DNA of 64,000 nucleotides from Phycisphaerae bacterium (GTDB lineage Bacteria; Planctomycetota; Phycisphaerae; UBA1845; Fen-1342). Every line of letters begins with the position of its first letter. Positions within the stretch are counted from its first letter, which is position 1. The notes beneath the pieces are model-generated. The model was not told where the DNA came from. It searched no databases and saw only the letters and a program-made list of their open reading frames with translations. Made by a program: the position numbers and the translations under genes. Location: the NCBI GenBank assembly GCA_963675745.2, contig CAXXWX010000028.1, positions 64,001 to 128,000 on the forward strand, in the 5' to 3' direction. Below, piece after piece: positions 28,038 through 38,157 of the stretch.

Positions 28038-30878
28038 ATGCGATCAGGAATGCGGGTGCTAGGGCTGATGCTCTTTGTTGCCGCCGCCGTGTCGGCGGTC
28101 CCGGCGGCTTGGGCTGAAGAAGGCAAGCTCTTTGATTTTCAGCAGATCGAGCTGGACAACGGTCTCGATGTGGTCACGCTCGAGGACTTCTCGTGCCCGA
28201 TCGTCACGGTACAGGTCTGGTACCACGTGGGCTCGAAGGACGAAGACCCCAACCGCCAGGGTTTCGCCCATATGTTCGAGCACATGATGTTCCGCGGGAC
28301 CGACCACCTCGGCCCCAAGGACCACTTCGAGCTGATTCGCAAGACCGGCGGCACCAACAACGCCGACACCAGCTTTGACCGCACACGCTACTACCAGACC
28401 CTACCGGCCAACCAGCTCGACCTGGCCCTGTGGCTGGAGGCTGAGCGCATGGCGTTTCTGGCGGTGAACCAGGAAAACTTCGACACCGAGCGCCAGGTGG
28501 TCGAGGAAGAGCTGCGGATGTACCGCAACCAGCCCTACGGCACGCTTGCCGACCAGATGCTCAATGAGCTCTTCAAGGTCCACCCCTACCGCTGGCTGGT
28601 CAGCGGGCGCATCTCGCACCTGCGCGCCGCCCACGTGCAGGAGTTGCGTGATTTCTGGATGAAGTATTACCTCCCCAACAACGCCACGCTGATCATCGTC
28701 GGCGCGGTCAAGCACGAGGACGCACAGGCCAAGGCCCGGGAGTACTTTGGCTGGATCTCCCGTGGGCCGGAGCCGCCGCGAGTAACCGCACGCGAACCGA
28801 TGCCGACGGCGCCGCGCGAAATCGAAATCAAGGAAGACAACGCCCCCACGCCTCTGGTCGGTTTGTTGTATCACGGCGTGCCGGCATCCCACCCGGACGC
28901 GATCGCCCTGAACCTTCTGACCACGATCCTTGGCGGCGGTGAGAGCAGCCGTCTGTACCGCGACCTGGTGGCCGAGTCTCAAACCGCCGCGATCGCGATG
29001 GCCGGGGCGTTCTCGCTGGAGCAGGCCGGCATTGTCGCCGCCGGAGCGGCTTTGCCCCCGTTGGGTGGCGAATCGGCGGACGCCGTCCAATCCACCATCG
29101 CGGAACACGTCGACCGCGTGCGCAACGAGCTGGTCAGCGAACGCGAGCTGACCAAGGCCAAGAACCAGATGCTCAAGGGCGTCATCCTGCCGCAGCTCAC
29201 CGTCGAGAGCAAAGCGATGGCACTGGGCAATACGGTGATCGACTATGGCGACGCTGCCGCGGTCAATGAGCAACTCGACCGCATCCGCGCCGTCACGCGT
29301 GAGGACCTCCAGCGGGTGGCGCGCGAGTATTTGGCGCCCGACCGCGTGCTGCGCGCCAGTGTGCCGCGCGCCGGCATGATGGGACTTGGGTCGCTGTTTG
29401 GCGGCGGTGGGAAATCGCCGTACCAGCAGGAAGGCCGCGTAACGGCCGAGCCGGAGGAAGAGGCACCGCCGCCCGGGCGTCCGGGCGTGGTACGCCCCGA
29501 TTCCTATCCGGCCACACCGCCCGTGGCCGACGCACGGCTCGACTTTGACTCGAGCATCAACCGCGTTGAGCACAAGCTGCCGAACGGATTGAAGATCATG
29601 GTGGTCGAGAATCACGAGGTGCCGTATGTCACCGCGATGCTTGGCTCGCTGAACGGCGCCTGGACCGAAGAAAAGCCGGGCACCGCATCGATGGCCCTCA
29701 GCATGCTCACCAAGGGCACCGAGGCACACGACGAGGCCACACTCGCGGAGGAACTGGAGACGTACGCGATCTCCCTGAGCGGCAACGCCGGGATGGACAC
29801 CGCCTCAATTGAGCTTGGCTGCCTGACCGAGCAGATCGAGCGTGGCGTGGATTTCATGGCCGAGATTGTCCTCACGCCCACGTTCCCCGAGGAGGAATTC
29901 AAGAAGCTGGTCAACCAGGCCCGCACCGGCATGACCATCCAGGAGACGCAGCCGGAGTACATGGCCGACCGCGAGCTGCGCCGGTTACTCTGGGGCGACC
30001 ACCCGTATTCGCGGACGCCCGAGGGTGAGCTGAAGGATCTTGATCACCTGCGCGTCAGTGACCTGCGCAACTGGTGGGAGGCCAACGCGCGCCCCGAGGA
30101 CAGCGTGCTGATCTTCTCCGGCGACATCGCCCCCAAGCACGCCATCGCCCTGGCCGAAAAGGCGTTCAGCTCGTGGGTCGCGAAGGCGCCCAAGCCCGAG
30201 CTCACGCTGGCCCCCTTCCCTCAACAGGAAGCGCGCCACATATACCTCGTCGATCGCCCCGGCAAGCAGGCACAGATTCGCGTGGCCCAGCTCGGCATCA
30301 CGCGTAACCATCCGCATTACTTCGTCAGCCGGGTCGTCAACGGCTATTTCGGCGGCTCCTTCGGCAGCCGTCTGATGGATTCCCTGCGCGTCGAGAAGGG
30401 CCTGACCTATGGCGTCGGTGGCGGGTATCGGGCGTATCGTTTTGGTGGTCGCTTCATCGTGTCCACGTTCAGCAAGAACCAGTCAACCGCCGAGGCGGTC
30501 CAGGCGATCTTCGATGAGATCGAGAGGCTCAGAGCTGAGCAGCCGACCGAGGATGAGATCGGCACCTTCCGGTCTTACGCGCTGGGGAGTTTCGCCGCCG
30601 AGCGGGAAACGCCTCAGCAGGTGGCCGGCAATCTGTGGCTGCTCGAGTACGCCGGGTTGTCGGATGACTACTTCCAGCGGCTGCTCGACGGTATATCGGC
30701 GACCAGTGCGGAAGATTGTCTGGAGCTGGCCAAGGCGACGCTGGACCCGGACAAGATGATTGTGGTCGTGGTCGGCAGTGCCAAGAAGCTCGAAGAGGAT
30801 CTGGCCAAGATCGCCCCGGTCACCGTGATCAAGCCCGGCGAAGAAAAGCCGAAGGAGGTCGCCCGGGCCGGAAACTAG
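28038..30878 (+). CDS. Secreted M16 (pitrilysin/PqqL-like) zinc peptidase, fused two-module form
   Basis: AGGAGG RBS; signal peptide; GFAHMFEHMMFRGT (HxxEH); VVEEE; SRL...LRVEKGLTY. Confidence 0.94.
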   Translation: MRSGMRVLGLMLFVAAAVSAVPAAWAEEGKLFDFQQIELDNGLDVVTLEDFSCPIVTVQVWYHVGSKDEDPNRQGFAHMFEHMMFRGTDHLGPKDHFELIRKTGGTNNADTSFDRTRYYQTLPANQLDLALWLEAERMAFLAVNQENFDTERQVVEEELRMYRNQPYGTLADQMLNELFKVHPYRWLVSGRISHLRAAHVQELRDFWMKYYLPNNATLIIVGAVKHEDAQAKAREYFGWISRGPEPPRVTAREPMPTAPREIEIKEDNAPTPLVGLLYHGVPASHPDAIALNLLTTILGGGESSRLYRDLVAESQTAAIAMAGAFSLEQAGIVAAGAALPPLGGESADAVQSTIAEHVDRVRNELVSERELTKAKNQMLKGVILPQLTVESKAMALGNTVIDYGDAAAVNEQLDRIRAVTREDLQRVAREYLAPDRVLRASVPRAGMMGLGSLFGGGGKSPYQQEGRVTAEPEEEAPPPGRPGVVRPDSYPATPPVADARLDFDSSINRVEHKLPNGLKIMVVENHEVPYVTAMLGSLNGAWTEEKPGTASMALSMLTKGTEAHDEATLAEELETYAISLSGNAGMDTASIELGCLTEQIERGVDFMAEIVLTPTFPEEEFKKLVNQARTGMTIQETQPEYMADRELRRLLWGDHPYSRTPEGELKDLDHLRVSDLRNWWEANARPEDSVLIFSGDIAPKHAIALAEKAFSSWVAKAPKPELTLAPFPQQEARHIYLVDRPGKQAQIRVAQLGITRNHPHYFVSRVVNGYFGGSFGSRLMDSLRVEKGLTYGVGGGYRAYRFGGRFIVSTFSKNQSTAEAVQAIFDEIERLRAEQPTEDEIGTFRSYALGSFAAERETPQQVAGNLWLLEYAGLSDDYFQRLLDGISATSAEDCLELAKATLDPDKMIVVVVGSAKKLEEDLAKIAPVTVIKPGEEKPKEVARAGN

Positions 30879-30895
30879 AGTCTCTGCGCCAGGGC

Positions 30896-30981
30896 GTGGC
30901 GCTTGGCCCCCGAGTTGGACGTGCGCGGCGGGACAGTGCGCGAGCGGAATGACGGCCGGCTCGGGGGCCGGCCGCCATTAC
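30896..30981. repeat. Inverted REP pair (partly degenerate)
   Basis: GTGG-CGCTTGGC-CCCCGA-GTTGGACG and GACGGCCGGCTCGGGGGCCGGCCGC, the latter identical to the copy at 4726-4750. Confidence 0.75.
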
Positions 30982-30996
30982 ATGGGAGATGGCAAC

Positions 30997-31437
30997 ATGA
31001 CCGATCCGTTTTTGCTAGCCGCGCTCGATGAGGCTAAGCAAGGCGCGGTGGAGGGTGGCATCCCGATTGGATCAGTGCTGGTCATCGATGGACAGATCGT
31101 CGGCCGTGGGCACAATCGCCGCGTCCAGCGTGGCAGCGCGATTCTGCACGCCGAGATGGACTGCCTCGAAAACGCCGGCCGTTTGGGGGCGGCCGATTAC
31201 TCCCGCGCGACGCTCTATTCCACGCTGTCGCCGTGTGATATGTGCAGTGGTGCCGCCCTGCTGTACGGCATTCCGAAGATCGTGATCGGCGAGAACAAGA
31301 CCTTCCAGGGCCCGGAGGATTATGTGCGTTCGCGCGGCGTGCAACTGGAGATCGTCAACGACGCCGACTGCATCCGCCTGATGCGCGACTTCATCGAGGC
31401 GCACCCCGAGCTGTGGAACGAAGACATCGGCGAATGA
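30997..31437 (+). CDS. Cytosine/nucleoside deaminase (dCMP_cyt_deam family, yeast Fcy1-like)
   Basis: EGGIPIGSVL, GHNRRVQ, LHAEMDCLENAG, TLSPCDMC, WNEDIGE. Confidence 0.92.
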   Translation: MTDPFLLAALDEAKQGAVEGGIPIGSVLVIDGQIVGRGHNRRVQRGSAILHAEMDCLENAGRLGAADYSRATLYSTLSPCDMCSGAALLYGIPKIVIGENKTFQGPEDYVRSRGVQLEIVNDADCIRLMRDFIEAHPELWNEDIGE

Positions 31438-31456
31438 GGCGCCGCCCCGCGGATGC

Positions 31457-31576
31457 GTAGCGTCCCAAAGACGCGTGGTGGCCCGAAGACACGTAGCGTC
31501 CGATCCCCGAGTCGGACGTGCCTCGACAACGTGGCGTAGAGCCGCAGGGTGGGTCGAGCGCAGCGCGACCTGCCAT
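31457..31576. repeat. REP cluster
   Basis: GTAG-CGTCCGAT-CCCCGA-GTCGGACG at 31493-31518, a partial copy at 31457, and a different palindrome GCAGGGTGGGTCGAGCGCAGCGCGACCTGCC from 31544. Confidence 0.75.
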
Positions 31577-31589
31577 GGCAACCGTTCCA

Positions 31590-34500
31590 TCACACCCGCA
31601 CATCACGCTGCGCCTGATGTGCCTTGCCGAGCTGCTTGCGCAATATCGCCAACAGCGTTGGCGTCTCGAGGTACGCTTTCGACAAGCGCCAGTGGACGGT
31701 CTTCGGATCGGGCATGCGCGGCGAGCCGGGGCCGTCGTTGAAGAGCTCGTCGACACGCGCCAGATCATCGACCGAAAATACAACGTCCGGCGGTCTCAGC
31801 ACCATCGCGCGGATGCCCCAGCCGGCCGCCAGCACGCGAATCTCGGCCAGATCGAGCAAGGTCTGCACATCGTCCGGCAACGCACCAAACGCGTCGCGCA
31901 GGTCGGCGTCAAGTGTTTTAAGGTCCTCCGGCGTCGCGCAGCTTGTCAGCCGCTTGTACACGTCCATGCGCTGCCGCTCTGAACGGATGTACGCGCGCGG
32001 GATCGATGCCGCTATACCCAGTTCGAGATTGACCGGCTTCCACTCGCGCTTGGGCTCATTGCGCTGTTGGCGCACCGCGTTCTCCAGAAGCTGGCAGTAC
32101 ATCTCGTAGCCGACGGCCTCGATATGGCCGGATTGCTCGGCCCCCAGGATGTTGCCCGCGCCGCGTATCTCCAGATCACGCATCGCGATCTGGAAGCCCG
32201 CTCCCAGATCGCTGTAATACTCGATCGCTTTCAGCCGGCGCGCGGCGTTCTCCTTGACGGGGTGCTTGGGAGAGATCAGCAGGTAGCAATACGCCCGGTG
32301 TTTCGAGCGTCCAACCCGGCCGCGGAGCTGGTGCAAATCGGCCAGCCCGAACCGTTCCGGGCGATTGATGATCATGGTGTTGGCCGTCGGCACGTCCAGG
32401 CCCGATTCGATGATGTTCGTCGACACGAGCACGTCAGCCTCGCGGTGAAAGAACTTCAGCATCACCGCTTCGAGTTCGCGCCCCGCCATCTGGCCATGGC
32501 CGACCACCACGCGCGCTTCCGGCACGATTGAGCGCACCTTGTTTGCCACAGTGTCCAGGTCGCGCACGAAGTTGTGTACGAAGTACACCTGCCCGTCGCG
32601 GTTCAGCTCACGCAGAATCGCGTCACGCACCAGGTGATCATCCCAACGCCGCACCTGCGTCACGATGGCGCGCCGGTCGAGCGGCGGCGTCTGGAGCGAC
32701 GAGATGTCTCTGATCCCGAGCATTGCCATGTGCAGCGTGCGCGGAATCGGCGTGGCGCTGAGCGTCAGCACGTCGACCGTGGCGCGCAGACGCTTCAACC
32801 GCTCCTTGGCTTCCACGCCAAAGCGTTGCTCCTCGTCGATGACCACCAACCCCAGGTCGGCAAACTTAATGTCCTTTGACAGCAACCGGTGCGTACCGAT
32901 GAGGATGTCCACGCCACCCTTGCGGGCACGTTCGACGATTCGGTCCTGCTCTTTCTTTGTGCGAAAACGCGAAATGGAATCCACTCTGAACGGGAAGTCG
33001 GCAAGACGCTCGGTGAAGGTCTCGTGGTGCTGTTCGGCCAGCACGGTCGTCGGCACGAGCACGGCCACCTGCTTTCCGTACTCGACAACCTTGAACGCCG
33101 CCCGAATCGCCAGTTCGGTCTTGCCATAGCCCACGTCGCCGCAGAGCAGGCGGTCCATCGGCCGCTGGCGGGTCATGTCGGCCTTTAGCTCGTCCAGGGT
33201 ACGGAGCTGGTCTTCGGTTTCGTCGTAGAGAAATGCCCCCTCGAACTCACGCTGCCACGTGGTATCGGCGGGGTAAGCGATGCCCGGCTGGGCGGCGCGC
33301 TGCGCCTGGATCGCCAGCAGTTCGGCGGCCAGGTCGGTGACGGCTTCGGTCACGCGTTCCTTGGTCCGCTTCCAGGCCGATCCGCCGAGCTTGCTGAGCT
33401 TGGGCTTGCCGCGGAAGCCCCCGACGTATTTCTGCACGACGTGAATCTGGCTGACCGGCACATGGATCACGGCTCGGTCGGCGAACTCGACCGCCAGGTA
33501 TTCCTCACGCCGTTCGGCGCGATCGATGGTCTTGAGGCCCTGGAACTTGCCGATCCCGTGCAGCACGTGTACGACGTGGTCGCCGGGACTCAGGTCGAGG
33601 AACGTGTCGATCGGCCGGCCGGCCGGCACGCGGCGTAACGTGCGCCGTTGCCGGTAGCGTCCGAAGACCTCGTGGTGCGGCACATACGCGGTGCCCCCCC
33701 ACCGGAACCCGCGGTGCATCACGCCGATGGTCGTGTGAACCCGCGTTGTCTGATCGGGCAGTTCCGCCAGCAACTCGTGAAAACGCTGCTGCTCGGGCTG
33801 ATTATCGCAGATGACCCACACATCGCACTCAGCCTCGAGCTCCACCAGGCCGCGCAGCGCGTCGGGCGTCTTGGCTTCAAACTGGGGCAGACTGCTGACG
33901 CCCAGGGACACCGACCGTTCGGCCCCCTTCGAGAACCGTTCCAGGTAGAGTTGGGCGAAGTCATTGGCACGGCGGAACAGGGCCTCGACCGGGATCATCC
34001 CAGCCCGTTCGCCGAGGCGCTGCATATAGGTGCGGCCGAGCTCCTGTATGTCGGCGGGCTCGTGAAAGGCCAGCAGCGTGTTCTCGGGCAATAGCGCCAG
34101 CAGGCTGGTAGTCTGCGCGCCGCGCTGCATGTCCGACTTCGTCACGTCACGGGCAACCGACAGCGCGGGAATCCGCACGGCCGCCACAGCCTGGGCCGAG
34201 CGTTGCGTGCCGGCGTCGAAGTAGCGGATCGACTCGATCTCGTCGCCGAAGAACTCGATGCGCACCGGGTCGGCCTGCGCGTTTGAAAAGACATCGACAA
34301 TTCCGCCGCGCCGCGCGAAATCGCCCGGCACTTCGACCTGGTCGCAGCGTGTGAAGCCATGCTCGGTCAGCCAGGAGACGAGTAGCTCGGGGTCGCGCTT
34401 GTCGCCGCCTTCGATCCGCAGCGAATGTGCGTTGATCGTCTCCGGCGACGCCACCGGCTGCATCAACGCGAGGATCGGAGCGACAATGCAGATCGGCGGG

Positions 34501-34892
34501 CACGGCTCCTGGTTGCCGTCCACCCCGCTTTCCGCGGCCACGTCCCAGCCACTGCGCTGATCCAGGTTCATCAGTCGCAGGCACAAGCGCAGCCGCTCAC
34601 CGGCGAGCTCGTCTGATGCCTCGGAGTCAGTCGGCGTCGCCTCAAGCTGGGGGAAAACCTCGGGCAGCACGCCCAGAATCGTCTCAATGTCATCACGGTG
34701 GTGGTCGGCGTCATCGGCGTGGGCGGTCAACAACAGCAGCGGCCGCCCCAGCCCCGCCGCGGTCAGCGCCGCCACTATGGGCGCGGACGATCCCCACAGT
34801 CCATCGGCGGTGACGGGGGTCTGAGCTTGCCCGATCAATCGCCTCAGGGCTTTGAGTTGCGAGTCTTTGCGGATGGGTGCAAACGCATCCAC
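31590..34892 (-). CDS. mfd: Transcription-repair coupling factor
   Basis: FARRGGIVDVF, VVHVLHGIG, CGDVGYGKT, DEEQRFG, SATPIPRTL, HQLRGRVGR, DLEIRGAGN. Confidence 0.97.
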   Translation of the reverse strand: MDAFAPIRKDSQLKALRRLIGQAQTPVTADGLWGSSAPIVAALTAAGLGRPLLLLTAHADDADHHRDDIETILGVLPEVFPQLEATPTDSEASDELAGERLRLCLRLMNLDQRSGWDVAAESGVDGNQEPCPPICIVAPILALMQPVASPETINAHSLRIEGGDKRDPELLVSWLTEHGFTRCDQVEVPGDFARRGGIVDVFSNAQADPVRIEFFGDEIESIRYFDAGTQRSAQAVAAVRIPALSVARDVTKSDMQRGAQTTSLLALLPENTLLAFHEPADIQELGRTYMQRLGERAGMIPVEALFRRANDFAQLYLERFSKGAERSVSLGVSSLPQFEAKTPDALRGLVELEAECDVWVICDNQPEQQRFHELLAELPDQTTRVHTTIGVMHRGFRWGGTAYVPHHEVFGRYRQRRTLRRVPAGRPIDTFLDLSPGDHVVHVLHGIGKFQGLKTIDRAERREEYLAVEFADRAVIHVPVSQIHVVQKYVGGFRGKPKLSKLGGSAWKRTKERVTEAVTDLAAELLAIQAQRAAQPGIAYPADTTWQREFEGAFLYDETEDQLRTLDELKADMTRQRPMDRLLCGDVGYGKTELAIRAAFKVVEYGKQVAVLVPTTVLAEQHHETFTERLADFPFRVDSISRFRTKKEQDRIVERARKGGVDILIGTHRLLSKDIKFADLGLVVIDEEQRFGVEAKERLKRLRATVDVLTLSATPIPRTLHMAMLGIRDISSLQTPPLDRRAIVTQVRRWDDHLVRDAILRELNRDGQVYFVHNFVRDLDTVANKVRSIVPEARVVVGHGQMAGRELEAVMLKFFHREADVLVSTNIIESGLDVPTANTMIINRPERFGLADLHQLRGRVGRSKHRAYCYLLISPKHPVKENAARRLKAIEYYSDLGAGFQIAMRDLEIRGAGNILGAEQSGHIEAVGYEMYCQLLENAVRQQRNEPKREWKPVNLELGIAASIPRAYIRSERQRMDVYKRLTSCATPEDLKTLDADLRDAFGALPDDVQTLLDLAEIRVLAAGWGIRAMVLRPPDVVFSVDDLARVDELFNDGPGSPRMPDPKTVHWRLSKAYLETPTLLAILRKQLGKAHQAQRDVRV

Positions 34893-34989
34893 GCCGCGAT
34901 CTTACGCAACCAGGCGCCGCGACGCCACCCCGCGTTTGTGTCGTTTCCACCGGAGTGATTTGGCTGCGCCATGCGGCCCGGCATGCGAT

Positions 34990-35069
34990 GTAACGGCCGG
35001 CGCCTCGCCGGACGCCGAATGTCAGAAGCGTCGTCTTGCGCCGACGGCCTGCGAGGCACAGGCCGCTAC
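34990..35069. repeat. Inverted REP pair
   Basis: GTAA-CGGCCGGC-GCCTC-GCCGGACG and GACGGCCTGCGAGGCACAGGCCGCTAC. Confidence 0.75.
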
Positions 35070-35134
35070 AGCGCTGTTCGCGCGAACTGCAGACGACGCC
35101 AGACGCACGCTGGTCATCGTGACCCCCGGAAAGT

Positions 35135-36185
<1,051 letters not shown>

Positions 36186-36193
<8 letters not shown>

Positions 36194-36716
36194 GCGCGCC
36201 CTGGATTGGCAAACGTCCCTCGTCAAATGCCTGCCGCAGGCGCTCATACGCCGCCCGGTAGGCCACGAAACGCAGATGATACTCGCCGCGGAGACGTTCG
36301 TCAGGCGCCTTGTCGGGGTGCCAGTCCTGCGAAACCCGGCGCCAGGCAGCCTTCAGGTCGTCGAGCGTTGCGGAAGGTGTCAGTTCGAATAGTGCCAGCG
36401 CGTCAGCTTCCGGAAGCTCGCGCGCGCCGCGCTCAACCTCGGATGCAACCGCCGTCCGCGTCTCCTGGTCAGTTACGGCGTGCCACCAGTCCCACTCCCA
36501 CGCGTCCGGCAGAATCGCCCCCAGACGCGTACCCATCACAGTCATTGAGCGCGTGAACGGCCGCCCGCGCAGGCCCAGCACGCTGTCGATGAACGTGCCG
36601 GTCGCAGCGGCGAACATCCCACCGACGCGCGCGGTCTTACGTCGCGTACGGCCACTCTTACCTTTCAGCAGCGGCGTCACGTTGTCACGCCAGACCCGCT
36701 GAAAGAAACGCCGCAT
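36186..36716 (-). CDS. J-domain protein with C-terminal J domain
   Basis: LFELTPSATLDDLKAAWRRVSQDWHPDK...AAYERL; overlaps the moxR start by 8 nt. Confidence 0.85.
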
Positions 36717-36872
36717 GGCGGGTGAATCGCCTGGTTTGCCTCGCGTCACGGCCACCTCGCTGGATCACAGCCCCGCCGCCCGTGCCGCGGGACACCAGAC
36801 AGGTTATAACATGTCTGTCGAGGCCGCGGCAGGGCGCCGCCGGCCGGTTCGTCATTCGCCGGAGTCAACGCC

Positions 36873-37436
36873 GTGGTCGAGTGGATCGCACAGCACCGGG
36901 CAAACGTCGGCCTTTGGGTGTGGGTCGGTGCACTTGTCGGGCTGGGTCTCACATCAGCGCCGGTGATCGTACACTGGCGCCACAGACGCCGCGCATCGCT
37001 TGCCGACCCGGCGAGATTGCTCGATCCGATGCCACGTCCCCTGCCGCTCTACGCCGCCGCCCTGGCGCTGGCACTGCCCGCGGGGATTACCGCCGCTGTC
37101 GCCGCGGCGCCGCTGCCGGTATGGGCCGCGGCCATCGTCTGTTTCGGCGTCGCCCATCTGACACGCTGGCGAATCGCGGCCGCATCCGGCGTGGGCCTGC
37201 TTGCCGCGGGCTGTGTGGCCTGGGGACAGCTATTCGAACCTCTGCCGGCCCGGCGCGGCGTATTGCTGGGCGCCGCTGGAGCGGTCGTGGTGCTGGCCAG
37301 CCTCGGCCGCTACTGGTCACGACAACTGCACAACCGCCACGCGTGGACGACCGCCGGCCGGCTCGTGCCATATTGCTATGCGATCGCGTTGATCACGGGG
37401 ATCGCGGCGGTTGCCGTGGTGTGTTTTCTGCCGTAA
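36873..37436 (+). CDS. Hypothetical multi-pass membrane protein
   Basis: Five to six hydrophobic segments; fills the gap between the J-domain gene and mntR. Confidence 0.6.
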   Translation: MVEWIAQHRANVGLWVWVGALVGLGLTSAPVIVHWRHRRRASLADPARLLDPMPRPLPLYAAALALALPAGITAAVAAAPLPVWAAAIVCFGVAHLTRWRIAAASGVGLLAAGCVAWGQLFEPLPARRGVLLGAAGAVVVLASLGRYWSRQLHNRHAWTTAGRLVPYCYAIALITGIAAVAVVCFLP

Positions 37437-37601
37437 GAAGGCAGGCATTGCGGTGGACCGATAGAGGTGTGGGACTTACGGTAGGTGTTGAGCCGCGCGC
37501 GACACCGTAAGACTGGATGCAAACACGTGCCCAATAAGAAGCCCAACGCCAAGCCCAGGACCAGCGCCGGCCCAGCCCGACGCACTCGTCCTACCAGCCG
37601 C

Positions 37602-38012
37602 ATGGCCGACAGCAACGCATCGCGCCACAACAAGACCCGGCGCGACCACGCCTCCGAGACCGCCGAAGACTATGTCGAGCTGATCAGCCAGCTTATCCGC
37701 GAGTGTGGGGAGGCGCGCGCCGTTGACATTGCCAGGCACCTGGGCGTGTCTCACGTGACGGTCACCAAGACCGTCTCAAGGTTGCAGGCGGAGGGGTTGG
37801 TGCACACGGCCCCCTATCGCTCCATCTTCCTGACCGAAAAAGGCGAGACTCTGGCGAAATGGTCCGAGGCCCGCCATGCCCTTGTCGTCGAGTTTCTGCT
37901 CAAGCTCGGCGTTAACCCCGATGATGCCGAGCGCGACTCAGAAGGCGTCGAGCACCACCTCAGCGAAGCAACATTGGAGGCAATCCGGCGTTTTCTCGGA
38001 GCCGACGAGTAA
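37602..38012 (+). CDS. mntR: Manganese-responsive DtxR-family regulator (short E. coli MntR type)
   Basis: ETAEDYVELI, EARAVDIARHLGVSHVTV, PYRSIFLT, RH, DSEGVEHHLS. Start may be upstream (GTG 37527). Confidence 0.88.
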   Translation: MADSNASRHNKTRRDHASETAEDYVELISQLIRECGEARAVDIARHLGVSHVTVTKTVSRLQAEGLVHTAPYRSIFLTEKGETLAKWSEARHALVVEFLLKLGVNPDDAERDSEGVEHHLSEATLEAIRRFLGADE

Positions 38013-38157
38013 CGCGGACGCTTGCCGAAGAATTCTGGTCATCTATAATCCGGCCCATGTGATCAGCACTTCGAGGGCCCCCGCGCCGGCACGGTCCACA
38101 ATGGACCGCGGCGGCCAACAGGAACGGGCCCGTCACGGGATTCGAACGGAGGCGAGC

